64,000 bases of DNA. Origin: Alphaproteobacteria bacterium. GTDB lineage: Bacteria > Pseudomonadota > Alphaproteobacteria > Bin95. The notes under the pieces are model-generated. The model saw nothing but the letters and a program-made list of their open reading frames with translations, did not search any database and was not told the origin of the DNA. Positions 39,974 to 48,381 of the stretch are shown one piece after another (within the stretch, counting starts at the first letter, position 1; the number at the start of each line of letters is the position of its first letter). Location: positions 224,001 to 288,000 of the forward strand of contig OZ224045.1 of NCBI GenBank assembly GCA_963665325.3. Reading direction: 5' to 3'. The position numbers and the translations under genes were made by a program.

Positions 39974-40470
39974 AGATCGACCCGGAACTGCAACTCGCCA
40001 TCGAGCGGGTCATCCATCTCGACGCATGGCTTCTGGATGAACGCCGCTTCGAGGACTGGCTGGCGCTGTTCACCGAAGACGTGACGTTCTGGGTTCCCGC
40101 CTGGACCGGCGAGGAAACTCTGGCGCGCGATCCCGAGACCGAGCTTGCGCTCATCTATATCCGGGGCAAGGCGGGGCTCGACGACCGCGTGTTCCGCATC
40201 GGCACGCGGGATAGCTACGCCTCTCTTCCCTTGCCGCGCTCGTGCCATGTGGTGGGCAATGTGCTGATCGTTTCGGCCGACGCCGGGGAAGTCGAAGCCG
40301 TCGCCTCCTGGACGGTGCATCAATATGCCTCGCTCAAGGGCGCGCGCGTGCATGGCGGGCGCTACCGCTATCGGCTCCGTCTCGAAGACGGCGAATGGCG
40401 GATCGCCGCCAAGACCGTGACCTTTCTGAACGACGGGATCGATGTAGCCTTGGATATCTACAATGTCTGA
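39970..40470 (+). CDS. Ring-hydroxylating dioxygenase beta subunit
   Basis: LLDERRFEDWL, FWVPAW, LDDRVFRI, LDIYNV. Confidence 0.9.
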   Translation: MKIDPELQLAIERVIHLDAWLLDERRFEDWLALFTEDVTFWVPAWTGEETLARDPETELALIYIRGKAGLDDRVFRIGTRDSYASLPLPRSCHVVGNVLIVSADAGEVEAVASWTVHQYASLKGARVHGGRYRYRLRLEDGEWRIAAKTVTFLNDGIDVALDIYNV

Positions 40471-41035
40471 ACCGAACACGGCGCCGAAGGGCCTCCGTTT
40501 TGCAGTGGATTACGGCCCGCTACTGGTCTTCTTCGTCACCTATTACGCCGCGGGCATCATGTGGGCGACGGCGGCGATCATGGCGGCCACCACGATCATG
40601 CTGGGTTTCTCCTGGTACTTCGAGCGGCGGTTGGCTCCGCTGCCTCTGGTGACAGCGGGCATCGTTGCAGTGTTCGGCGGGCTGACGCTGGTGTTTGCGG
40701 ACGAGACTTTCATCAAGATGAAGCCGACCATCGTGAAGGCCCTCATGGCAGCGGTCCTGCTGGGAGGCCTCGCATTCGGCAAGCCACTGCTGAAATACGT
40801 CTTCGCCGCCGTCTGGAAGATCGACGACCGGGGCTGGCGGACGCTGACGCTGCGATTCGGGTTGTTTTTTCTCGCAATGGCGGTGCTGAACGAGATCGTC
40901 TGGCGCACGCAGTCCACCGATTTCTGGGTCAACTACAAGCTGTTCGGCACGATCGGCCTGACATTCGCCTTTTCGCTGACGCAGATACCGGTCTTCCGCC
41001 GCCACTGGGTCGAAGAACCGGCGGAAAGCGCGTAG
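40463..41035 (+). CDS. yciB: Inner membrane protein YciB/IspZ
   Basis: DYGPLLVFF, VFGGLTL, FIKMKPTI, LNEIVWR, WVNYKLFG. Confidence 0.92.
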   Translation: MSEPNTAPKGLRFAVDYGPLLVFFVTYYAAGIMWATAAIMAATTIMLGFSWYFERRLAPLPLVTAGIVAVFGGLTLVFADETFIKMKPTIVKALMAAVLLGGLAFGKPLLKYVFAAVWKIDDRGWRTLTLRFGLFFLAMAVLNEIVWRTQSTDFWVNYKLFGTIGLTFAFSLTQIPVFRRHWVEEPAESA

Positions 41036-41046
41036 CCCCTCCCGTC

Positions 41047-42378
41047 TCAGGCGGCCCGCTGCGCTGTTTCAAGCAGGTCGTTAACGACACGCTCCAGGTG
41101 GTTGAGCGTGTTGCATTCGCGCAAGAGATCACAATAGGGCCGGTAGCGGCGCATCTCGCTGTCTCCGGTGCCCCAGAGCGGCGGCGGTTCCGGATTGAGC
41201 CAGATGAGCCTCTTGCAGCGCTCGTGCATCTCTTTCAGATACTCCGCCTTGGGGTCGGTATTGTTCGACCGGGCGTCGCCGAGGAAGATGATCGTGGTGT
41301 TCCGGTCCACGTCGGCCAGAAAACTCTCGCGGAAATTGGTAAGCGATTCGCCGTAATCCGTCGGCATGTAGCCGACCTTCTGCATCACCTTGTCGGCGGC
41401 TTCGTCCGCAATGTTGTCCTTGAAGTGCTCCGAGACCTCGATGAGGTAGCCGGAAAAGGCAAAGCTCCGAATGTCATGCAGGAGCTCGTGCAGCTCATAG
41501 AGGAACTGCAGCAGGAACCGCGCAACGCTCGCCACGGAACCGCTGACATCGCAGATCGCCATGACCCGGGGCCGGTCGAGCTTGCGTTTCTTCCATTCCA
41601 GCTCGAACAGCACGCCGTCATTGCCGTAATTGCGGCGCATGGTGCGGCGGATGTCGAGCTGGCCCCGGTTCTTCATCTTGCGCCGCCGGGAATGGAGCGC
41701 CACCAGCCGGCGGCAGATCTTCTCCACGATGCGGCGCATCTGCTCGCGGTCGCGACGGTCGAGATTATCGAGCCGGGACCGCCGCAGACGGTCCTCGCGA
41801 AGCTCCTGCGAAGTCGCCGCGCCCTGCAGCGAAAGCTGCTGCTCGACATAGTTCCGCACCTGCTCGAACAGCCAGGCACGGCTTTCCTGCAAGGCCTGTC
41901 CGGCGCTGCCGCCGCCGCCCTGCCCGCCCATCGCCTGGATCTGCGCATCCACGCCTTCGACGCCCATCTGCTGGAGAACGCGCTGGGTATAGAGGCCGCG
42001 CTGGGTGAAAAAGCGGATGTTCTCGACGCCGACCTCAACTGCGGCCTCCTGCATGGCGAGCGCCAGCGCGGCGCGGTCGCCGGCTTCCAGCTTGGCGAGC
42101 AGGTCTCCGCCGTCAGCCTGTTCGTTCTCCTCCGTCTCCTCGCCGTCCCGGCGGTCATGAAAGCTCTCGAAGGCGAAGAATTCATCGAAGATACGGGTGA
42201 AGCCGGTCTTTTCCTCGGGCGTCTTGGCCAGCGCCATGGCAAGGGCGTCGTGCAGGCTTTGACGGTCCGACCAGCCCATCAGCCGCGCCGTTTCCATTGC
42301 ATCGAGGGTCTCGGCGACCGAAACGCGGATATCGGCCCCACGCAGGGCGGAGAGGAAGTTGGTAAAGGTGCGCTCCAT
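41047..42378 (-). CDS. VWA domain protein, CoxE-like
   Basis: CDVSGSV MIDAS, TDYG, LGDARSN, WLNPE..WGTGDS. Start set at ATG 42378. Confidence 0.88.
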   Translation of the reverse strand: MERTFTNFLSALRGADIRVSVAETLDAMETARLMGWSDRQSLHDALAMALAKTPEEKTGFTRIFDEFFAFESFHDRRDGEETEENEQADGGDLLAKLEAGDRAALALAMQEAAVEVGVENIRFFTQRGLYTQRVLQQMGVEGVDAQIQAMGGQGGGGSAGQALQESRAWLFEQVRNYVEQQLSLQGAATSQELREDRLRRSRLDNLDRRDREQMRRIVEKICRRLVALHSRRRKMKNRGQLDIRRTMRRNYGNDGVLFELEWKKRKLDRPRVMAICDVSGSVASVARFLLQFLYELHELLHDIRSFAFSGYLIEVSEHFKDNIADEAADKVMQKVGYMPTDYGESLTNFRESFLADVDRNTTIIFLGDARSNNTDPKAEYLKEMHERCKRLIWLNPEPPPLWGTGDSEMRRYRPYCDLLRECNTLNHLERVVNDLLETAQRAA

Positions 42379-43334
42379 CAGGCACGCGCGCCGTCGGCCT
42401 TCTTCGCCTGGCGGGTAAACCCGTAGAGGTCCGCATCGACCGACTGGATGTCTTCCTCGAATTTGAGGAAAACATTGAGCGTTTCCCGAACCATGTCCGC
42501 TTCGAGTTCGTCGGCATGCAGGAGCAGCAGCACGCGCGCCCAGTCGATGGATTCGCTGACGGAGGGATGCTTCTTCAGGTCCAGTTCGCGCACCTGCTGC
42601 ACGAAGGAAACGAGCTGGTATTTGAGGTTGCGGGGAATCTCCGGAATGCGGGCCTGGATGATCTCCCGCTCCAGCCGTGCATCGGGAAACGGCACATAGA
42701 GATGCAGGCATCGCCGCTTGAGCGCGTCGCTCATCTCGCGCGTATTGTTGGAGGTGAGGAACACGACAGGGCGCCGCTCCGCCTTGATCGTCCCGAGTTC
42801 CGGAATCGAGACCTGGAATTCGGAGAGGATTTCCAGAAGGAAGGCTTCGAATTCGTGGTCCGACTTGTCCACTTCATCGATCAGCAACACCGCACCGCCG
42901 GGTTCGCGCAGTGCTTTCAGTAAGGGGCGCGGCGCCAGGAAACGCTCTGAGAAAAAGACATCCGCATGGGCATGCAGCCGGTCCATGGACTCTTTGATTC
43001 CCTGCGCCTCGCCCAGCACTTCTCCCAGCTTGTCCCGCAGAATCTGTGTGTAGAGAAGTTGCTTGGCGTAGCGCCATTCGTACAGCGCCTTGGACTCGTC
43101 CAGACCCTCGTAACACTGCAGCCGGATGAGCGGCAGGTCCAGATAGGCTGCCGTCGTGTTCGCAAGCTCCGTCTTGCCGACGCCGGCAGGGCCCTCGACG
43201 AGAACAGGCTTGCCGAGATGGCCCGCAACATAGATCGCCGTTGCAATCTGGCGCGAACAGATATAGCCGAGTTCCGCGTAGCCTTCGCGGACGCGTTCGA
43301 TGGACTCCAGCTTTTCCAATTGTTCAGGGGTCAT
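42378..43334 (-). CDS. MoxR family AAA+ ATPase, CoxD-like
   Basis: EGPAGVGKT, RLQCYEGLDE, LLIDEVDK, SDALKRRC. Confidence 0.92.
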   Translation of the reverse strand: MTPEQLEKLESIERVREGYAELGYICSRQIATAIYVAGHLGKPVLVEGPAGVGKTELANTTAAYLDLPLIRLQCYEGLDESKALYEWRYAKQLLYTQILRDKLGEVLGEAQGIKESMDRLHAHADVFFSERFLAPRPLLKALREPGGAVLLIDEVDKSDHEFEAFLLEILSEFQVSIPELGTIKAERRPVVFLTSNNTREMSDALKRRCLHLYVPFPDARLEREIIQARIPEIPRNLKYQLVSFVQQVRELDLKKHPSVSESIDWARVLLLLHADELEADMVRETLNVFLKFEEDIQSVDADLYGFTRQAKKADGARA

Positions 43335-43459
43335 ATCTTGTCCGGAGAAGAGAGAGCGGCGGATATTGCCCGCTGCTTCGGGTCGATACAACCGATCCAA
43401 GTCGTGTGAAACCGCCGCATGACGCGCGCTTGCTCATATCCCGAATTGCGCCTGCTTTC

Positions 43460-44332
43460 ATGAGGCCGGACAAGCCGGGGCGCGGCATCGCCCTCATGAT
43501 CCTCGCTATGGCGATGCTGGCCGGCCTCGACGCCATCGGCAAACTCGCGACCCAGACCTATCCGGTGTCGCAGGTGCTGTTCCTGCGCTTCGCCATGTTC
43601 CTCGCTTTCGCGCTGGCTCTCGCTGCCCGGCGCGGCGGCATCCGGGCGAGATTGCGCACGCGGCACGTTCGCCTCCAGGTTTTCCGGTCCCTGGTTCTGG
43701 CGCTTGAGATGTGGCTGTTCGTCTATGCGATCTCGAAGCTGGCGCTGGCGGATGTCCACGCGGTTGCGGCCGTTTCGCCTCTGATCGCAACCGCGCTTGC
43801 CGTGCCGATTCTGCGCGAGCGGGTGGGTCCATGGCGCTGGGCCGCAGTGGCGGCAGGCTTCGTCGGCACGCTGATCGTGATACGGCCCGGTATCGGCGTA
43901 TTCGACCCGCTGACCATCGTGCCGCTCGTCGCGGCCTTCGGGTGGGCCTACTACCAGATACTGCTTCGGCGCCTGCGGGAGGAACCTCCCGAGACGACGC
44001 TGCTCTACACCGCGATCGTCGGCGCGGCAGTCTGGAGCGCGTCCGTGCCTTTCGCCTGGCATCCCCCGGACGCTTATGGATGGGCGCTCCTCGGCGCGGT
44101 CGGGGCGATCGGAATTGTCACGCACGGCCTCCTCATTCTTGCAGCGCGGGAGGCCCCGGCATCGGTACTGCAACCGTTCACCTACACCCTTCTGGTCTGG
44201 GCAACGCTTTGGGGATGGGTCGGGTTCGGCGCCTTTCCCGATTCCTGGACGATTGTCGGGGCATCTGTCGTCGTAGCCAGCGGGCTCGTCGCAATCTGGC
44301 GGGAACACCGGCATGCCGCGCGCCATCTGTAA
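43460..44332 (+). CDS. DMT/EamA family transporter
   Basis: About ten TM segments; ILRERVG..RW, ASVLQPF.Y. Confidence 0.88.
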   Translation: MRPDKPGRGIALMILAMAMLAGLDAIGKLATQTYPVSQVLFLRFAMFLAFALALAARRGGIRARLRTRHVRLQVFRSLVLALEMWLFVYAISKLALADVHAVAAVSPLIATALAVPILRERVGPWRWAAVAAGFVGTLIVIRPGIGVFDPLTIVPLVAAFGWAYYQILLRRLREEPPETTLLYTAIVGAAVWSASVPFAWHPPDAYGWALLGAVGAIGIVTHGLLILAAREAPASVLQPFTYTLLVWATLWGWVGFGAFPDSWTIVGASVVVASGLVAIWREHRHAARHL

Positions 44333-44410
44333 CGATCCGGGGAAGCCTGCCATACCGGCCGGGCCCGGCAATTCGTGCATAATGCAGGCAACGCAAATCG
44401 GGGGCTTTCC

Positions 44411-45421
44411 ATGCAGTTCGTTCTGGCAATTCGGGGCCAGTTTCCACCCGGAGACGACATGAATGTGCGTTTCGAAGAGCTGATGGAGCAGGTCCGTCTG
44501 GCGAAACGGCTCGGCTTCAACGGCATCGCCAAGTCCTGCCACTACAGCTCCTCGCCCTGGCAGGAAATCCAGCAGATTCCATTCCTCGCCCGCGCGGCGG
44601 CGGAGGCCCCCGGCCTCACCTTCCTCACCTCCATCGTGCTGCTGCCCCTGCACAAACCGCTGGAGATTGCCGAGCAGGCCGCGGCGCTCGACCTGTTCAC
44701 CGGTGGGCGTTTCATCCTCGGCGTCGGCATCGGCTACCGCGATGTCGAGTTCAAGGCGTTCGGCACCAGCCAGAAGGAGCGCGTGCCGCGGCTGGTGGAG
44801 AATATCCAGGCGATCAGGCGTTTGTGGACCGAAGATGCGGTGACGATGAAGGGCTCGCATTTCGAGCTCGACGGCGCGGTCTGCTCGCTGAAGCCCAGTC
44901 GCCCGCCGCCTATCTGGATCGGGGCCAATGCCGATCCGGCTATCCGCCGGGCAGCCCATATTGCCGACAGCTGGATGATCAACCCGCACAACCGTATCGA
45001 CACGATCCTGCGCCAGATCGAGGTTTACAAGCGGGCCTTGGACGAAGCGGGCAAGCCCTGGCCGGAAACATTGCCGCTGGCGCGGGAGATGTTCGTGGCC
45101 CGCACCCGCGCCGAGGCGATTCGGCTCGCCCGTCCCTATCTCGAAGCCAAATACAAGGCGTATGACAGTTGGGGGCAAGGCGCCGCAATGCCGGAAGGCG
45201 ACAACGATCTCGGCCAGGCGTTCGACGATCTCGCCCGCGACCGGTTCCTGTTCGGCTCGGCCGACGAGGTGGCCGAGCAGATCGTGGGCATGATGCGGGC
45301 GACCGGCGCCAACCAACTGTCCTGCCCCATCCAGTGGCCGGGAATGCCCCATGAGGTTGTCGTCGAACAGATGCATGTGATGGCGGAAGAGGTCGTGCCG
45401 CTTGTGAAGCAGGGACTGTAG
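44411..45421 (+). CDS. LLM class flavin-dependent oxidoreductase
   Basis: LLPLHKPLEIAE, GRFILGVGIGYR, PPIWIGAN. Confidence 0.9.
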   Translation: MQFVLAIRGQFPPGDDMNVRFEELMEQVRLAKRLGFNGIAKSCHYSSSPWQEIQQIPFLARAAAEAPGLTFLTSIVLLPLHKPLEIAEQAAALDLFTGGRFILGVGIGYRDVEFKAFGTSQKERVPRLVENIQAIRRLWTEDAVTMKGSHFELDGAVCSLKPSRPPPIWIGANADPAIRRAAHIADSWMINPHNRIDTILRQIEVYKRALDEAGKPWPETLPLAREMFVARTRAEAIRLARPYLEAKYKAYDSWGQGAAMPEGDNDLGQAFDDLARDRFLFGSADEVAEQIVGMMRATGANQLSCPIQWPGMPHEVVVEQMHVMAEEVVPLVKQGL

Positions 45422-45424
45422 GCC

Positions 45425-46441
45425 ATGCAATTCGGGTTGATGACGCGCGGCCAGTACGAGCTTGGCGACGACATGCAGCGCCGCTTCGCGGAGCTTGCAG
45501 AGCAGGTGCGGCTGGCGGACCGCCTCGGGTTTGCGTCCCTTACCAAGGGCTCCCACTACAGCGCCTGGCCTTATCAGGACTTCCAGCAGCTGCCCTATCT
45601 CACCCGGATGATGGCGGAGGCTCCCAATCTGCGGCTCAATGCCGGCATCATCCTGCTGCCGCTGCACAAGCCGCTCGATCTGGCCGAGCAATTGGCCACC
45701 ATGGATGTGATGTCGGGCGGGCGCATGATCGCGGGTGTCGGCCTCGGCTATCGAGATGTGGAGTTCGACGGCTTTGGTACGAACCGCCCGGAACGGATTC
45801 GCCGCTTCGAGGAGAACCTTGAGGCGATGAAACGCCTCTGGACGGAAGACAAAGTCACCATGGAGGGCACGCATTTCGCGCTCCGCGAAGCGTCCTGCCC
45901 CACCAAGCCGGTCCAGAAGCCGCATCCGCCGATCTGGATCGGCGCCAATGCCGACTCCGCCATCCGCCGGGCGGCCCGACTCGGAACCTGCTGGTACATC
46001 AATCCCCACAACCGGATTTCGACGATCCGCGAACAAATGGATGTTTATCGCCGTGCGCTTGACGAACTCGACAAGCCTATGCCCGAGGAGTTGCCGATCC
46101 GCCGCGAGGTGTTCGTCGCCGACAGCCGCGAGGAGGCGATCCGGCTCTGCGGCCCGCATCTGGCAGGCAAATACGCCGTCTATGCCTCCTGGGGCCAGGA
46201 CAAGGCGATGCCGGCTGGGGATTCCGATCTGACCGCTGCCTTCGAGGACCTCGCCCGCGATCGCTTCCTCGTCGGCTCCGCGGACGAAGTGGCAGAGCAG
46301 ATGATCGCGCTGGCGCGCGCCACCGGCGTCAACCACATCGTAATGAGCATCCAGTGGTCCGGCGTGCCGCAAAGCCTTGCGTTGGAGACCTTGCAACGCC
46401 TTGCCGAGGACGTGTTCCCCAAGGTCCGCCAGGGGCTGTAA
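45425..46441 (+). CDS. LLM class flavin-dependent oxidoreductase (tandem paralog)
   Basis: LLPLHKPLDLAE, GVGLGYR, PPIWIGAN. Confidence 0.9.
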   Translation: MQFGLMTRGQYELGDDMQRRFAELAEQVRLADRLGFASLTKGSHYSAWPYQDFQQLPYLTRMMAEAPNLRLNAGIILLPLHKPLDLAEQLATMDVMSGGRMIAGVGLGYRDVEFDGFGTNRPERIRRFEENLEAMKRLWTEDKVTMEGTHFALREASCPTKPVQKPHPPIWIGANADSAIRRAARLGTCWYINPHNRISTIREQMDVYRRALDELDKPMPEELPIRREVFVADSREEAIRLCGPHLAGKYAVYASWGQDKAMPAGDSDLTAAFEDLARDRFLVGSADEVAEQMIALARATGVNHIVMSIQWSGVPQSLALETLQRLAEDVFPKVRQGL

Positions 46442-46478
46442 CGGCCGCCGCGGGGCCTCATCCCCGGGGAGGGGGTGC

Positions 46479-46930
46479 GGGATGTCATGAAATGTCATGT
46501 TTTGCAGATTTCCCTGTTTTGTCCTGCCTGCACCAGCCTTTCCTTCCGCTCCCGTTTCGTTCCGACCGCCAGGGAACCCGGGGGGCGTCATGAAATGTCA
46601 TGTTTTGTCGTGTTCCGGGGCATCGCCTGCCTTTCCATGCCGGGTCTCTCCTGCATCGTTTCTCCTTCCCGTTCCCCGCCTCCCGGCAGCGGGACCCTTT
46701 TTCGCGCGTATCGCGCGCGGGGGGGCGGGCGCCCGTTGGCGCCGGCGCGGTTTGCGCGCCTGATTGCGCCTGCGCGCGCCCGTGCGCGTGACCCCGGGCG
46801 CGGGGCGCACGTCTCCCGTCGGTTTCTCAAGGGTCTTTTCGCGCCGGCGCGAACCGGGGGAAGAGGCGGCCCCGCGCGGATGCCGCTCCTTTTCTCCCGC
46901 CTTATATCGGAACGAGCTTCCCGATGTCAA
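46479..46930 (-). repeat. Dispersed structured intergenic element, copy B, with two CATGAC repeat pairs
   Basis: Inverted homolog of copy A. GTCATGAAATGTCATGTTTT occurs at 46484 and 46587; AAGGAGA RBS and ATG (46656) on the minus strand. Confidence 0.8.
46901..46930 (-). promoter_or_regulatory. Near-consensus sigma70 promoter pointing into element copy B
   Basis: Minus strand TTGACA (46930-46925)-18nt-TATAAG (46906-46901), with an AT-rich upstream tract. Confidence 0.6.
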
Positions 46931-47037
46931 TCTTTTTCAGGAAATAATTCTAACAAAAAAAGAACAAACGATTGCAATCGGATACAGTTGTCCGATTCTC
47001 CTCCGGCTTGCGGGAGCGGCCGGAGCGTGAGGCCGGG

Positions 47038-47418
47038 TCATTCGACGGCGATGAGCGCGGCGGCGACACGACGGTCTTCCGCCATCAGCACATTGTAGGT
47101 GCGGCAGGCCGCGCCCGTATCCATAGCGTCGGCGACCATACCCTCGGCCCGGATCGCCTCGCGCAACGTCCGGGGAAGAAGTTCCGCCCGGCCGCCGCAG
47201 CCGATGAGGAGGATTTCGGGGGTGTCCTCTCCCTCCGTCAACGGCATGAGGCTTTCCAGCGTAAGGTCCTGGAAGTCCGTCACGGGCCAGGCGGACGCAA
47301 TGTCGGGACGCAACAGGACCGAACCGGCCCACACGGTTCCTGAAATCCGGAAACCCCCGCCCCCGTAGCTTTCGACGACCTGCCGGCCTTGCGGAACGAC
47401 AGGGCTGATGTCGGTCAT
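47038..47418 (-). CDS. Mth938-like domain protein
   Basis: YGGGGFRI, LLIGCG, MDTGAACRTYNVL..EDRRVAAAL. Confidence 0.9.
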   Translation of the reverse strand: MTDISPVVPQGRQVVESYGGGGFRISGTVWAGSVLLRPDIASAWPVTDFQDLTLESLMPLTEGEDTPEILLIGCGGRAELLPRTLREAIRAEGMVADAMDTGAACRTYNVLMAEDRRVAAALIAVE

Positions 47419-48365
47419 TGGTCGCCGAGCGTGCGCGCGACTTCGGCATCGTCAGGCAGGTCGTCCGTTGCGCTTGGACGCACCCCCATCCACAGCAGCG
47501 TGGCCGATGCGATCCAGACCGAGGAATAGGTGCCGATGATGACGCCCCAGATCATCGCGAAGGCGAAATCGCGGATGACCTCGCCGCCAAGGAAGAACAG
47601 GGAAAGCAGGGCGAGCAGCGTGGTCACGGAGGTCATGACCGTGCGCGACAGGGTCTCGTTGACCGACCGGTTCAGCAGATCAATCATCGGCAGGGTCTTG
47701 TAACGGCGCAGGTTCTCGCGCACCCGGTCGAAGACGACCACCGTGTCGTTGATCGAATAGCCGGCGATGGTCAGCACGGCGGCAACGGTCGATAGGTTGA
47801 ATTCCAGCTGCAGGATCGAGAAGATGCCCACCGTCGTGATGACGTCGTGGGCCAGCGCCAGCACGGCGCCCACACCGAATTGCCATTCGAACCGGAACCA
47901 GATGTAGGCCATGATCGCCAGCAGCGCGAGCGCCACGGAAATCGCGCCCGCCTCGATCAGCTCGCCCCCGACCTTGGGTCCGACGACCTCGACCCGGCGA
48001 TACTCCTCGACACTGTCGCCGAGCGCCTCTTTCACGGCGGCGACCGTGGCCTGCTGGGCGGCATCGCCGCCCGGCTGTTGCTGGATGCGGATCAGCACAT
48101 CGGTCGGCTGGCCGAACTCCTGCAGGCCGACCTCACCTCTGTCCAGTGCGGAGAGCGTCTGGCGCATCCCCGAGATATCGGCCGGTCCCTTCGTGCGCAC
48201 CTCGATCAGGGTGCCGCCGACGAAATCGATGCCGAAGTTCAGGCTCTGCACCGCCAGCGACGCTACCGAAACCAGGATCAGAACGATCGAGACGATATAG
48301 GCGCGCTTGCGCAGCGCAATGAAGCGGTAGTTGGTGTCGGGCGGTATCAGCCGTAACGGTCGCAT
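47415..48365 (-). CDS. secF: Protein translocase subunit SecF
   Basis: NFGIDFVGG, VGPKVG, HDV, GYSINDTVVVFDRVRE. Confidence 0.96.
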   Translation of the reverse strand: MRPLRLIPPDTNYRFIALRKRAYIVSIVLILVSVASLAVQSLNFGIDFVGGTLIEVRTKGPADISGMRQTLSALDRGEVGLQEFGQPTDVLIRIQQQPGGDAAQQATVAAVKEALGDSVEEYRRVEVVGPKVGGELIEAGAISVALALLAIMAYIWFRFEWQFGVGAVLALAHDVITTVGIFSILQLEFNLSTVAAVLTIAGYSINDTVVVFDRVRENLRRYKTLPMIDLLNRSVNETLSRTVMTSVTTLLALLSLFFLGGEVIRDFAFAMIWGVIIGTYSSVWIASATLLWMGVRPSATDDLPDDAEVARTLGDQ

Positions 48366-48381
48366 TGTTCCTGCCCGCCCC

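Noticed and set aside
43331-46591. 1086-aa minus-strand ORF
   Set aside because: It is antisense to three well-supported genes (DMT and two LLMs) and has no motifs.
46479-46612. Repeated 20-mer considered as a mini-CRISPR
   Set aside because: There are only two copies about 103 bp apart, the repeat is short and internally periodic, and no cas genes are present.
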